DNA of 64,000 nt from Sphingomonadaceae bacterium (GCA_050261575.1 JBLNDL010000093.1:1-64000); one strand, 5' to 3'; positions 19,461 to 30,437 are shown, counted from the stretch's first letter. Numbers and translations: made by a program. Notes: generated from the letters alone by a model not told the origin.

Positions 19461-20495
19461 ATGGCTGGATCTCGCGCCAACTGGATATACCTCTTCCACG
19501 GTGAGGACGAGCTTTCCTCCCGCGAGGCGGTGCAGGGCCTGGTGGCCCGAATGAGGGACGCCCCGATGGGCGATCTCAACGTCACCTTCTTCGATGGGGA
19601 GAAGCTGGTCCTTTCGGAGTTGGCCGGCACCTGTCAGACCCTGCCATTCATGGCCGACAAGCGGCTGGTGGTCGTGACCAACCTGCTGTCGCGTTTGGGT
19701 GAGGCGGGTCGGGAGTCGCCCCGCGAGGAGGGACGGCAGGAGCGTGCTCCCCGAGGGAGCAAGAGGGCGATCCTGGAGGGCATCCTCGAGTTTCTGCCCA
19801 CCGTTCCCGAGTTCTGCCGGCTGGTCTTCCTGGAGGAGCAGTTGATCCTGGAGAGGGATCCGATTCTCCAGGCCATCCGCAACCTGGGGGGCTTCGTCAA
19901 GGCCCATCGGTTGGAGGAGGGTGGGCTATCCACCTGGATCCGATCTCGCGCCGCCAGGCTCGGCTGCAAGATGTCTGCCGAGGCGGTGGAGGAGCTGGCC
20001 GCGGCGGTTGGGCCGAACGCCCGATTGCTGGACAGCGAGATCCAGAAGCTGGCCACCTACTGCGGCGGAGAGACGGTCAAGCGTGAGGACGTCCGATCGC
20101 TGGTGGCCGACGCTCGGAAGGCCAACGTCTTCGCGCTGGTGGAGGCGATTGGGCTGCGGCAGCCGGAGGTGGCTCTGCGGGAGCTGCGGAAGCTGCAGGC
20201 AGAGGGGGATCACCCCTTGAGGATCGCGGCGATGGTGGTGCGGCAGTTCCGGCTGTTGATCCAGGTGAAGGAGCTATCAGAGACTGGAGCCTCTCCGGAC
20301 GAAATCGCCCGCAAGACCGGGGCGCCCTTCAGGGGGGTTGCTGGCCTCCAGCGGCAGGCTCGCAACTTCAGCTTCGAGCAGCTAGAACGAGCCTACCGGC
20401 AACTGCTCGAGTACGACGTGCACGTCAAGACGGGGGCCAGGGAGCCCGAGGCGGCTCTGGAGCTGCTGATAACCGAGCTTCTCAGAGCTGCCTGA
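19461..20495 (+). CDS. holA: DNA polymerase III subunit delta
   Basis: IYLFHGEDE, TLPFMADKRLVVV, LDSEIQKLATY, NVFALVEAI; neighbour of rpsT. Confidence 0.88.
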   Translation: MAGSRANWIYLFHGEDELSSREAVQGLVARMRDAPMGDLNVTFFDGEKLVLSELAGTCQTLPFMADKRLVVVTNLLSRLGEAGRESPREEGRQERAPRGSKRAILEGILEFLPTVPEFCRLVFLEEQLILERDPILQAIRNLGGFVKAHRLEEGGLSTWIRSRAARLGCKMSAEAVEELAAAVGPNARLLDSEIQKLATYCGGETVKREDVRSLVADARKANVFALVEAIGLRQPEVALRELRKLQAEGDHPLRIAAMVVRQFRLLIQVKELSETGASPDEIARKTGAPFRGVAGLQRQARNFSFEQLERAYRQLLEYDVHVKTGAREPEAALELLITELLRAA

Positions 20496-21111
20496 TCACC
20501 GCCACGACCTTTCCCTGGACCCGTAGCTCCTCTGGGTCGACGTAGATGGGATCCATGGTGGAGTTGGCGGGCTGCAGGCGGATACGTCCACGTTCTCGAT
20601 AGAGCCGCTTCAGGGTGGCCCGTCCCTCCTGGGTGGGGCCGTCGGTGAGCAGGGCCACGACGATGTCGCCGTCGTCGGCGCTATCCTGCGGCCGGACCAC
20701 CACCAGGTCTCCATCGTCGATCAGGTCCTCGATCATCGATTTCCCCTTCACCCGCAGGGCGTAGCACCCCACGTCGCAGAGCTGAGCCGAGACCTCGATC
20801 TCCTCTTGCTGGTCAGGCAGCGCCTCGATCGGCTCGCCTGCGGCGATACGCCCGAGGACGCGGACGGAGACCGTCCCATGAGCCGTGCGAGGGATGCCGG
20901 CAGTGACTAGCTCCAACCCTCGGGAGACTTCTCGGTGCCGGCGCAGGTATCCCTGGTTCTCCAGGGATCGGAGGTTGTAGTCCACTACCGAGGTGGAGGA
21001 GATACCGACTTCCTGGCCGATCTCACGGATGGTCGGGGGGTAGCCGTGGTGCTGCTGGAAGCTAGCAATGAAGTCGAGGATCCGTCGCTGTCGCTCGGAA
21101 AGTGGGCGCAT
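20482..21111 (-). CDS. lexA: SOS repressor LexA
   Basis: GYPPTIREIG HTH, GRIAAG cleavage site, KGKSM and ATLKR Ser/Lys dyad. Confidence 0.96.
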   Translation of the reverse strand: MRPLSERQRRILDFIASFQQHHGYPPTIREIGQEVGISSTSVVDYNLRSLENQGYLRRHREVSRGLELVTAGIPRTAHGTVSVRVLGRIAAGEPIEALPDQQEEIEVSAQLCDVGCYALRVKGKSMIEDLIDDGDLVVVRPQDSADDGDIVVALLTDGPTQEGRATLKRLYRERGRIRLQPANSTMDPIYVDPEELRVQGKVVAVIRQL

Positions 21112-21135
21112 GACCGTCCTCCACAAGTAGAAAAG

Positions 21136-21159
21136 GCCGTAGAACGCACGTTCTACGGC
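21136..21159. promoter_or_regulatory. LexA (SOS) box
   Basis: GCCGTAGAAC-GCAC-GTTCTACGGC, a perfect 10-bp inverted repeat containing GAAC-N4-GTTC, next to the lexA -10. Confidence 0.85.
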
Positions 21160-21189
21160 ATTCTATCCGCCTGCCGTGACTATTGTCAA
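21160..21189 (-). promoter_or_regulatory. lexA promoter
   Basis: Minus strand TTGACA-18 nt-TAGAAT. Confidence 0.75.
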
Positions 21190-21237
21190 GCGTCGAGGCG
21201 GTGTTCGGCCCAGCTTTCGCGAGTCGGTGCGCCCGGG

Positions 21238-21516
21238 CTACGCCGAGGCGGCCTTCTCCACCTTTGCCAGCCGCTTCATCAAGCGCGACTTGCGCCGGGC
21301 GGCGGCGTTCCTATGTATGACGCCCTTGTTCGCGGCCTTGTCCAGGGCGCTGGCCGTACGGCGGACATCCTCCCGAGCGGCTTCTAGCTGCCCGCCGTCG
21401 ATGTCCTTGCGCGCCGTCTTGACCAGGGTCTTCAACTCCGACCTGATCGGCTGGTTCCGCTGTCGCCGCCTCTGAGCGACTCGGATCATCTTGATGGCAG
21501 ACTTCGTATTGGCCAA
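21238..21516 (-). CDS. rpsT: 30S ribosomal protein S20
   Basis: (M)ANTKSAIK...LDKAANKGVIHRNAAARRKSRL; TTG start after GAGGTG. Confidence 0.95.
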   Translation of the reverse strand: MANTKSAIKMIRVAQRRRQRNQPIRSELKTLVKTARKDIDGGQLEAAREDVRRTASALDKAANKGVIHRNAAARRKSRLMKRLAKVEKAASA

Positions 21517-22084
21517 CCTATCACCTCTCCCGCGGGATGAAAGCTGTACAAAAACCGGCCCAGCGCTCTGGCAGGTGCCCAGCCACAGCCAACTGCCGCC
21601 CGTTGGGCCAGCCGTTTCCTGTCGCAAAAACGGATATTACAGCAATCCCGATAGTTTGTCTAGTGCTTGGGAACCCTACCGGGTTCGCATCGCCGCCTAT
21701 CGAACTGGGCGATCCGCGAGCGAGTGGTCGGGCGGGCCGATCTGGCGCGCTTTGTTGCCGGATATGCGGACGGGGTTGCGTCCGCTCTCGCTGCGTCGAT
21801 GGCGAGGGGGTCGGCCCAGGAATCCGAGGACGAGGACGGCGCCCGATACCGCGCCGTGATGGCGCCCGGGCCCACTCGCCCGCGCGCTTCCTCCAAGCTG
21901 CGGGCTGCGTTCGGAGAAGGGGAGGACGTGTGACCCCAGGTCCCGCCTCTGGAAGGTGCCTTCGTCGATCCAGACTGGCGGGTGCGCGTCGGCCGGCCGT
22001 GGCCGGCGGAGACTGAGCCATCCCCACCGGCCACGAACGAGCCGGTCGCAAGGAAACGGGGCTGCGGAGTCGAGGATGCTCGCC

Positions 22085-22489
22085 CTAGGCGATCGCGGCC
22101 AGACCGCCCCTGATCGCCTCCTCGTCCTCGTCCGAGGTGCCACCGCTGGCGCCGGCAGCCCCAACCACCTGCCCGTCGATGATGATGGGCAGCGCGCCCT
22201 TCCGGAAGACCGTCTTCCCGCCGGTCATGGCGGCGATGCTGCTGAAGCAGGCGAGGCTGGACTGCGCCCTCTGCTCCATCTCCCCGCTACTGACCCCCCA
22301 CGCTGCGGCGGTGTACGCCTTGCCCATGGCGATCTGGGGTGAGAGGAAAGGCGCGCCGTCCATGCGAGAGAGATGCACCAGGATGCCCTTTTCGTCTACC
22401 ACCGCGATGCTGAGCTTGACCCCCATCTCCTGGGCTCGGGCCACTGCTCCCTTGACGATCCGCTCGGCTGTCGCCAACTCCAATGCCAT
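22085..22489 (-). CDS. GlcG/HbpS-family heme-binding protein
   Basis: IAVVDEKG, RMDGA, AMGKAYTA, GAAGASGGTSDEDE. Confidence 0.88.
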   Translation of the reverse strand: MALELATAERIVKGAVARAQEMGVKLSIAVVDEKGILVHLSRMDGAPFLSPQIAMGKAYTAAAWGVSSGEMEQRAQSSLACFSSIAAMTGGKTVFRKGALPIIIDGQVVGAAGASGGTSDEDEEAIRGGLAAIA

Positions 22490-22675
22490 CTTCTCTGCCT
22501 CCTCACAATCTCTTCACCGTTGCGCCGCCCAAGAACACCTAACAGAGCTCACCCACCGATACACGGAGACCCCTGAGATCGTCCCGAGAGAACCACAGGA
22601 TCCTCGGTGACTTCGTGTCTGGGCGGTTGCGTCGAGGTGTCTCCGAGCCACAGAGTGTTACTGCCGCAGGGGACT

Positions 22676-22861
22676 CTATCCCCGCCGCACCCGCATCTGC
22701 TCGCCGGTCCATTCGAAGCTGAGCCACGGGGCTATCGTGCCTTCTTCTTCCGTAAGCTCCTCGTACCACCGGCGACCTTCCTCGCTCCATCCTCCCTCGG
22801 AGGCCGGTTCAGGGGTGGGAGAGTCCGCCGGGTTCGGCTCCTCGCGGTCGCGATTCGTCAT
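22676..22861 (-). CDS. Small acidic hypothetical protein
   Basis: 61-aa ORF with AAGGA RBS, divergent from the GG-protein locus. Confidence 0.4.
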   Translation of the reverse strand: MTNRDREEPNPADSPTPEPASEGGWSEEGRRWYEELTEEEGTIAPWLSFEWTGEQMRVRRG

Positions 22862-22965
22862 GGCATCAGATCCTTCCCTGAGGTGGGGCCTAACACTCGG
22901 GTGCCGGCGCCGCCGGCATCCCTCCGGAAGCTAGTATATCAACAACCCCTTACTTAGGCAGCATA

Positions 22966-22993
22966 TTGACACGAACAGCAAGAGGAGTATAGT
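22966..22993 (+). promoter_or_regulatory. sigma70-type promoter
   Basis: TTGACA-16 nt-TATAGT. Confidence 0.6.
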
Positions 22994-23258
22994 AGGTGAC
23001 GTGGGAACGTGCTCTCTATAGCGGCCGCTATCGATGGTGGCGCCATGCAGGATGCGCTAGCTTGTGGCGAAGAGAGCGTGCCCTGTAGTGCCCGCCTGAG
23101 CGTGCCAGGCGGGCGCGCGGTTTCTCTGCCTGAAGGGGGTGGTAAGGGCAACACAGTCCAGTAGCGCCGAGTCTATGCTGATCTGCCTGACCAGAGGCGC
23201 GGTTCCGCCCGCAGCCGCGGTGCGGATCGGACTTGCATTCCTTGGCAGGAGGCTGGAG

Positions 23259-23504
23259 ATGGGCAAGTTGCGGATTCTGTCGATCAAGGGCGATCGGACT
23301 GTGACTTGGGATCGGAAGCGGGCAGCGGAGGGCGATCCGGAGGCGCAGGAGGCCGTGCGCGAGGCCGAGCGGATCTTCCGGGAGGCGCTTCGAAACGGAG
23401 CCACCGCCTTCCGTCTGGAATCGGGTGCCCCAGCCACCCGGCTGGATCGGTTTGACCCGGAGGCCGACCAGGTCGTGGTGGTGCCTCGGGTGGCGGGAGG
23501 ATGA
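23259..23504 (+). CDS. 81-aa hypothetical protein ending in Gly-Gly (candidate ubiquitin-like/beta-grasp protein)
   Basis: AGGAGG RBS; MGKLRILS...QVVVVPRVAGG-stop. Confidence 0.8.
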   Translation: MGKLRILSIKGDRTVTWDRKRAAEGDPEAQEAVREAERIFREALRNGATAFRLESGAPATRLDRFDPEADQVVVVPRVAGG

Positions 23505-23953
23505 CGGATTTCCTGCAGGGGCCGCAGATCCTGGTACTCGCTAGTATCCTCCTGCTCGTCCTCCTGTGGAAGCTGTGGTGCCGGTACTACCTGTCTCCTC
23601 CTCGGGAGCTGGATCCCGAGTCGGAGAACAGGGCGGCAGCGTTGTTGCGCGAGCTGCTCTCCGAAGGTGAGCACCAGCAGTTGGTCCAAACCGGATACCT
23701 CTCAGTCCCCAGCCGGCACGTGGTGGGGCGTGTGTACAGGGTCCCCGTGCGCCCGGGCTGGGTGGATGTGTATGAGGCCGACCGGCTGGCGATGAGGATA
23801 TGCGTCGAGCCGGTGGAGCAGCTTCCACAGGGCGACGTCGTGCTGATGCACAAGCTGATGATCGAGGGGGCGGAGCAGGAGTACCTGCGCATCGCCAACA
23901 TCGTCTACGTGCGGCCGCCCGTTGGCGTGCGCTGGAGGCGCTACCAGCATTGA
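23501..23953 (+). CDS. Hypothetical protein with N-terminal membrane anchor
   Basis: ATGA overlap with the upstream stop, GGAGG RBS, hydrophobic N-terminal helix, soluble domain with RICVEP and GDVVLMHKLMIE. Confidence 0.8.
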   Translation: MTDFLQGPQILVLASILLLVLLWKLWCRYYLSPPRELDPESENRAAALLRELLSEGEHQQLVQTGYLSVPSRHVVGRVYRVPVRPGWVDVYEADRLAMRICVEPVEQLPQGDVVLMHKLMIEGAEQEYLRIANIVYVRPPVGVRWRRYQH

Positions 23954-24204
23954 GGCAAAGCGCGGGCGTCTGGCCTGCACACGGGCGGCGGGGGGACACG
24001 TGACGCGAGCGAGGACGCGAGGCGAGCGAGCGCAGCCTCGCGGCCTCGGCCTCGACCCCGCCGGCGTCAGGGACGACACCGGCTGCGGGGTGAGAAGGGG
24101 CCGCCGGCTCTGGGATCGTCACGACCGTCGGGGTTATCCCAACCCCGACGGTCGATGCTCAACCGCCACGCCTCTGGCCCAGCCCGCCGGCGCGCCCCTG
24201 GGTA

Positions 24205-25374
<1,170 letters not shown>

Positions 25375-25752
25375 CTGCTGGGCTTCCCCCTACCTGCTCT
25401 ACAGAGAACGGCGCTCGACGAGGCGTCGGAGAGCGGTCCCGACGCAACGGCCATCGCGGGCAGGCTGCGACACCGCTGGATGGCGCTCGGCCACGTAGCG
25501 GGCAGGCCGCGACGCTAGGTTGTAGTTGGCATTTTCTATACCAACTTCTGCAGAATGCACGGGAATTGCGTAGATTATCACTTCGTTCCGTGGATTCGCC
25601 GCCGCGCGGGCGAACCTCCCGCGGCCAGACCCTACGGCTGTGCTATAATACAAGCTAATCTTGTGGTAATCACCGGGGTCCGGAGGCGCGATCCCTCTCG
25701 TGGGTGTCGCCACTGGACCCCTTTTCTCGGGTCATTCGAGGAGCCTAAACCG

Positions 25753-27555
25753 GTGTCGAGCCAGGACAGAATCCGAAACTTCTGCATCATTGCCCACATC
25801 GATCACGGCAAGTCCACCCTTGCGGACCGGTTGCTGGAGAGAACCGGCACTATCGACGCACGCCAAATGACCGAGCAGGTGCTGGACTCCATGGATCTGG
25901 AACGGGAGAAGGGGATCACCATCAAGGCTCAGGCCGTGCGGATGGGCTACGTCGATCGGAGGGGGCGCGAGTACCAACTGAACCTTATCGACACGCCCGG
26001 CCATGTGGACTTCACCTACGAGGTCTCCCGCAGCCTGGCCGCCTGCGAGGGCGCTCTGCTGGTCGTGGATGCCGCGCAGGGGGTGGAGGCACAGACCCTG
26101 GCGAATGTCTACCTGGCGCTGGAGCACGACCTCACCATCATTCCGGTGGTCAACAAGATAGACCTGCCCAGTGCAGATCCGGAGAAGGTCTCGAGGCAGA
26201 TCGAGGAGGTGGTGGGGCTGCCCGCTGGCGAGGTGATCCTGGCCTCGGCGAAGGATGGCGCGGGCGTGGATGAGATCCTGGAGGCCGTCGTCCATCGCAT
26301 CCCGCCTCCTCGGGGGAACCGGCACCAGCCGCTGCGGGCCCTCGTCTTCGACTCCCACTACGATCCCTACAAGGGCGTTATCAGCTACGTCCGGGTGGTG
26401 GATGGATCCATCGCGGCTGGGGACAAGCTGCAGATGATGGCCACCGGTCTGGATCTGGACTGCCTGGAGGTGGGGGTCTTCCGGCCCCGGCTATCGGCCG
26501 TAGATCGGCTGGAGACCGGCGAAGTGGGATACGTGGCTACCGGGCTGAAGACCGTGCGCGACGTACAGATGGGAGACACCATCACCCATCTCGACGATCC
26601 AGCCACGGAGCCTCTGCCGGGCTACAAGCCGATCAAGCCGATGGTGTTCGCCGGCCTCTACCCGGTGGTGGGCGAGGACTACGGCGCGCTCAGGGATGCC
26701 TTGGACAAGCTGCGGCTGAACGACGCCTCCCTCTCCTACGAGCCCGAGAGTTCGGTGGCCCTGGGCTTCGGCTTCAGGTGCGGTTTCCTGGGGATGCTCC
26801 ACATGGAGATCATTCAGGAGAGGCTGGAGCGGGAGTACAACCTGGACCTGTTGGTGACATCGCCCAGCGTGGAGTACCGGGTGTTCACCACCAATGGGCA
26901 AGAACTGACCGTGGACAGCCCGGCGAAGCTCCCGCCCGCCGGTGAGATCGCCTGGATCGAGGAGCCGTGGGTGCGGATCAGCATCATCGTGCCCAGCCGC
27001 TACATCGGGACGGTGATGGAGATGATGCAGGGCCGCCGCTCCGAGTTCCTGAAGATGGACTACTTGGACGAGCAGCGAGTCTTGCTGAACTACGACATGC
27101 CGCTCGCGGAGATGCTGGTGGAGTTCTACGACCAGCTAAAGTCCCGCACCCAGGGGTACGCGTCGCTGGATTACAGCTACGAGGGCTATCGAGAGTCGAA
27201 GCTGGTGAAGCTGGACATCCTGGTGAACGGCCAGCCAGTGGATGCCCTGTCGCTGATGACCCACGCGGACAAGGCTTACTCCCAGGGGCGAGAGTTGGTG
27301 TCGAAGCTGCGCAAGCTGATCCCCAGGCAGATGTTCGAGGTGCCTCTCCAGGCGGCCATCGGCGGCAAGGTGATCGCGCGGGAGACCATCAGCGCCATGA
27401 GGAAGAACGTGCTGGCCAAGTGCTACGGCGGCGACGTGACGCGAAAGCGGAAGCTGCTGGAGAAGCAGGCCGAGGGCAAGAAGCGGATGAAGCGGGTGGG
27501 CAACGTGGAGATCCCGCAGGAAGCCTTCATGGCGGTACTCAAGCTGGGGGAGTAA
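25753..27555 (+). CDS. lepA: Translation elongation factor 4
   Basis: [45 protein letters not shown]. Confidence 0.98.
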   Translation: MSSQDRIRNFCIIAHIDHGKSTLADRLLERTGTIDARQMTEQVLDSMDLEREKGITIKAQAVRMGYVDRRGREYQLNLIDTPGHVDFTYEVSRSLAACEGALLVVDAAQGVEAQTLANVYLALEHDLTIIPVVNKIDLPSADPEKVSRQIEEVVGLPAGEVILASAKDGAGVDEILEAVVHRIPPPRGNRHQPLRALVFDSHYDPYKGVISYVRVVDGSIAAGDKLQMMATGLDLDCLEVGVFRPRLSAVDRLETGEVGYVATGLKTVRDVQMGDTITHLDDPATEPLPGYKPIKPMVFAGLYPVVGEDYGALRDALDKLRLNDASLSYEPESSVALGFGFRCGFLGMLHMEIIQERLEREYNLDLLVTSPSVEYRVFTTNGQELTVDSPAKLPPAGEIAWIEEPWVRISIIVPSRYIGTVMEMMQGRRSEFLKMDYLDEQRVLLNYDMPLAEMLVEFYDQLKSRTQGYASLDYSYEGYRESKLVKLDILVNGQPVDALSLMTHADKAYSQGRELVSKLRKLIPRQMFEVPLQAAIGGKVIARETISAMRKNVLAKCYGGDVTRKRKLLEKQAEGKKRMKRVGNVEIPQEAFMAVLKLGE

Positions 27556-27562
27556 GAACCTC

Positions 27563-27595
27563 CCCTCTCCCAGAGGGAGAGGGTCGGGGTGAGGG
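27563..27595. repeat. REP-like palindrome, intergenic copy
   Basis: CCCTCTCCCAGAGGGAGAGGGTCGGGGTGAGGG; related sequence at 12138-12167, 63730-63778, 8485-8576 and 62004-62038. Confidence 0.8.
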
Positions 27596-27600
27596 CGAAA

Positions 27601-28395
27601 GTGAGCATCATCGACCTCTTCGACCATTTCCTCTTCGATCTGGACGGATGCCTCTACTTGCGGGATCGGGTGATTCCCGCGGCGCCGCCGACCCTCGCCG
27701 AGCTTCGTCGGCGGGGCAAAGGGGTGCTCTTCCTGACCAACGATCCTCGGAGCCCCCGCGCGGGCTACGCGTCGAAGCTGCGGGGCATGGGTATCGATGC
27801 CCGTGAGGACGAGATCCTCAGTTGTGGCTGGGCCACGGCGGTCTATCTCCAGGAGCGCCACCAACCGCTGGAGGGAAAGGGCGTCTATGTGGTGGGCAGC
27901 GAGGGGCTCAAGGCGGAAATGCGCTCCGTGGGGCTGCGGGTCGTGGAGACAGCCGAGGAGGCCCGGCGGGCGGATTTCGTGGTGGTGGGCGGCCACTCCG
28001 GCTTCAACTACTGGGAGATGATGCTGGCCTGCTTCGCGCTGCAGAACGGCGCCCACTTCTACACCACCAATCGCGACGCCACCTTCCCCACGCCGGAGGG
28101 AGTAGTGCCGGCGACCGGCGCGGTCCTGGCCGGCATCGAAGTGGCCTCGGGCCGGACGGCCATCTCCATCGGCAAGCCGGAGCCCGGAATGATCGAGGCT
28201 GCCCGCACCCTGCTGGGTCCGGGGAGGATGATCATGGTGGGCGACCGGCTGGACAGCGACATCGCAGGGGGGAAGGGGGCCGGCATCGCCACGGCGCTGG
28301 TGCTCACGGGGGTTACCAGCCGCGAGGAAGCGGCGCGCTCGGAGTGGGCGCCCGACTACATCCTCGAGGACGTGGGGGGACTGCTGACGTCGTGA
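27601..28395 (+). CDS. HAD-IIA (NagD-like) hydrolase
   Basis: FDLDGC, FLTN, GKPEP, MVGDRLDSDI. Confidence 0.92.
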   Translation: MSIIDLFDHFLFDLDGCLYLRDRVIPAAPPTLAELRRRGKGVLFLTNDPRSPRAGYASKLRGMGIDAREDEILSCGWATAVYLQERHQPLEGKGVYVVGSEGLKAEMRSVGLRVVETAEEARRADFVVVGGHSGFNYWEMMLACFALQNGAHFYTTNRDATFPTPEGVVPATGAVLAGIEVASGRTAISIGKPEPGMIEAARTLLGPGRMIMVGDRLDSDIAGGKGAGIATALVLTGVTSREEAARSEWAPDYILEDVGGLLTS

Positions 28396-28434
28396 GCGAT
28401 GAGTTGTGAGCTACCACTGATAACTCACAACTCG

Positions 28435-29490
28435 TCACTCTTCGTTCATCATGCGCACGTAGCTGTCGTAGCGCTCGGGCGCGACCTCTCCCCGCTCCAC
28501 GGCCTCCTTGACCCCGCAGTCGGGCTCCGCCAGGTGGAGGCAGTCGCGGAACCTGCACCGGAGGGACGCCTGCTCGAAGTCAGGGAAGTAGAGCCGGATG
28601 GAATCCCTCTCCACCGCCCAGAGGCTGAGCGACCTGATGCCGGGCGTGTCGATCAGGTAGGTATTGTCGTCCAGCCGGTGGAGGCTGGACGTGGTGGTGG
28701 TGTGGCGACCCTTTCCGGTGGCGACGCTCACCTCGCCCACCTCCAGCTTCTCCTCCCCCAGCAGCCGGTTGATCAGGGAGGACTTCCCCACTCCGCTGTG
28801 GCCTGTAAGGACCGAATACTTGCCCTTCAACTGCTCCCGCAGTTCCGGCAGCCCCTGGCCCGTCGCGGCAGAGCAGTACACCACCGGTATCCCCATCCGC
28901 TCGTACGTGGATAGATCCGGTGGCGTCTCTGTCAGGTCGCACTTGTTCAGACAGACGACGGGCGCCACCTCTCCGTACTGGCACATCACGAGGTAGCGAT
29001 CCACCAGCCTGGGATGGAAGGCGGGCGCGGCGGCCGATGCCACGATGACGGCCACGTCGACGTTGGCGGCCAGCACCTGCTCCTCGGCGTCCCTTCCGTG
29101 GTTCCAGCCGCGGGCTCCCCGGTTCACCCGCATCCGGACCAGCCTGGAAGCGCGAGGCAGGACTCTGCGGACGACACCCTGGCCCTCGCTCTCCCAGTCG
29201 AAGGCCACCCGATCGCCCACCACCGGATCGCCCTCGCTGCCCGCCAGCGCGCGCACCGGTATCCGGCAGGGGACGTAGCTCTCTCCGTGCGCCACCAGGC
29301 AGCGAGACCTCTGGACGGCGGCAACGATTCCCGTGAGGCCGCCGGACCGCCCGCCGTCGTCCTCTGCCGCTTTCCGCGCCTTGGCGGCGGCTCTCTCAGC
29401 CCGCTGCTCCTCGTACTGCCGTTTCTTGCTGTTGCGGTTTACCCGTTTCTCGTACTGCTGATATGCCCAGATCACGCGAGATTCGGCCAT
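28435..29490 (-). CDS. rsgA: Small ribosomal subunit biogenesis GTPase RsgA
   Basis: VGDRV OB fold, NKCD, GHSGVGKSSLIN, GRHTT, DTPG, CRFRDCLH..EPDC. Confidence 0.93.
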   Translation of the reverse strand: MAESRVIWAYQQYEKRVNRNSKKRQYEEQRAERAAAKARKAAEDDGGRSGGLTGIVAAVQRSRCLVAHGESYVPCRIPVRALAGSEGDPVVGDRVAFDWESEGQGVVRRVLPRASRLVRMRVNRGARGWNHGRDAEEQVLAANVDVAVIVASAAAPAFHPRLVDRYLVMCQYGEVAPVVCLNKCDLTETPPDLSTYERMGIPVVYCSAATGQGLPELREQLKGKYSVLTGHSGVGKSSLINRLLGEEKLEVGEVSVATGKGRHTTTTSSLHRLDDNTYLIDTPGIRSLSLWAVERDSIRLYFPDFEQASLRCRFRDCLHLAEPDCGVKEAVERGEVAPERYDSYVRMMNEE

Positions 29491-29502
29491 GAATGGTTGG
29501 TC

Positions 29503-30198
29503 TCACTCCCGTGCGAATCGTACTGCCGCGCGAGCGAGCGCTAGGGTTGGATCGAGCACCGGCACGCTGACGTCCCCGTCCTGGAGCACCAGCGGCAGCT
29601 CGGTGCAGGCGGTAAGCAGCAACTGCGCCCCCCGCTCCGCCAGCCTCTCTGCTACCGTCCTGATCCTCTCGTGCACCGCCTGTCCCTTGTCTCCAGCCTT
29701 CACGCTGTGGATGACGGCATCCTGGATCCGTTGGTCGTCCTCCGGCGATGAGATGGCCCGCAATCCGCGCTCCTCCAGCAGATCGTGGTAGAGCCTCAGC
29801 TTCACCGTCCCGCTGCTGCCCAGGACGCCCACGGTCCGGGCCAGCGGGTACTGCCTCAGGACCTCGCCCACCGTTTCGACGGCGATGTGGAGGACGGGGA
29901 TCCTCACTGCCTCCACTACCTCGTCGTAGTAGAGGTGCGCGGTGTTGCACGGCATCACGATGAAGTCGGCACCGGCGCGCTCCAGGTTGCGGGCAGTGGC
30001 CTGGAGCAGGGGGGTGGGGTCCTCGCCCCCGTGGAGCAGGGCCGCCGTCCGGTCCGGGATCTTCGGGTTGTTGTCGACGATGATGCGCAGGTGTTCCTGG
30101 TCGGTGCGGGCTGCAGTGGACTCCACGATCTTCCTGAACAGGTCGATGGTGGCCTCCGGCCCCATACCCCCTAGAATGCCAATCACCTTCTCCGCCAT
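29503..30198 (-). CDS. Aspartate/amino-acid racemase
   Basis: IGILGGMGPEAT, PCNTAH, ACTELP. Confidence 0.92.
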   Translation of the reverse strand: MAEKVIGILGGMGPEATIDLFRKIVESTAARTDQEHLRIIVDNNPKIPDRTAALLHGGEDPTPLLQATARNLERAGADFIVMPCNTAHLYYDEVVEAVRIPVLHIAVETVGEVLRQYPLARTVGVLGSSGTVKLRLYHDLLEERGLRAISSPEDDQRIQDAVIHSVKAGDKGQAVHERIRTVAERLAERGAQLLLTACTELPLVLQDGDVSVPVLDPTLALARAAVRFARE

Positions 30199-30364
30199 GG
30201 CACCCTCCGTTCAAGAGGGAAGTACCAAAAGACCAGTGAATTGCACTGGATGACGCGGATCTGCTGGCTGGACTCTCTTCTGCCGATAATAACACGTAGG
30301 GGGAGTGGGATGCACGGTTCGGCTGGAGCCGTGCAGGGTCCTTAGAGCGCCCAGCGCAACCTGT

Positions 30365-30437
30365 GTAGGGGCAGACCTTCGTGGCTGCCCTCCGAGCGGG
30401 AAAGGCCACGCGGGCGGGAACGCAGGTCCACCCCTGC
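30365..30437. repeat. GTAG-type REP doublet
   Basis: GTAGGGGCAGACCTTCGTGGCTGCCC ... GGGCGGGAACGCAGGTCCACCCCTGC. Confidence 0.65.

Noticed and set aside
21667..21933. 88-aa plus-strand ORF between rpsT and the heme-binding gene
   Set aside because: TTG start without a clear RBS and no recognisable motif; coding status unsupported.
22966..22977. TTGACACGAACA identical to the core of MITE copy 1
   Set aside because: Only 12 bp with no flanking inverted repeats; cannot be separated from a chance match to a -35 box.
23001..23150. tRNA, T-box or fluoride riboswitch in the GG-locus leader
   Set aside because: No T-loop GTTCRA or CCA end; GGGTGGTAAGGGC lacks the T-box ACC continuation; the fluoride motif is incomplete.
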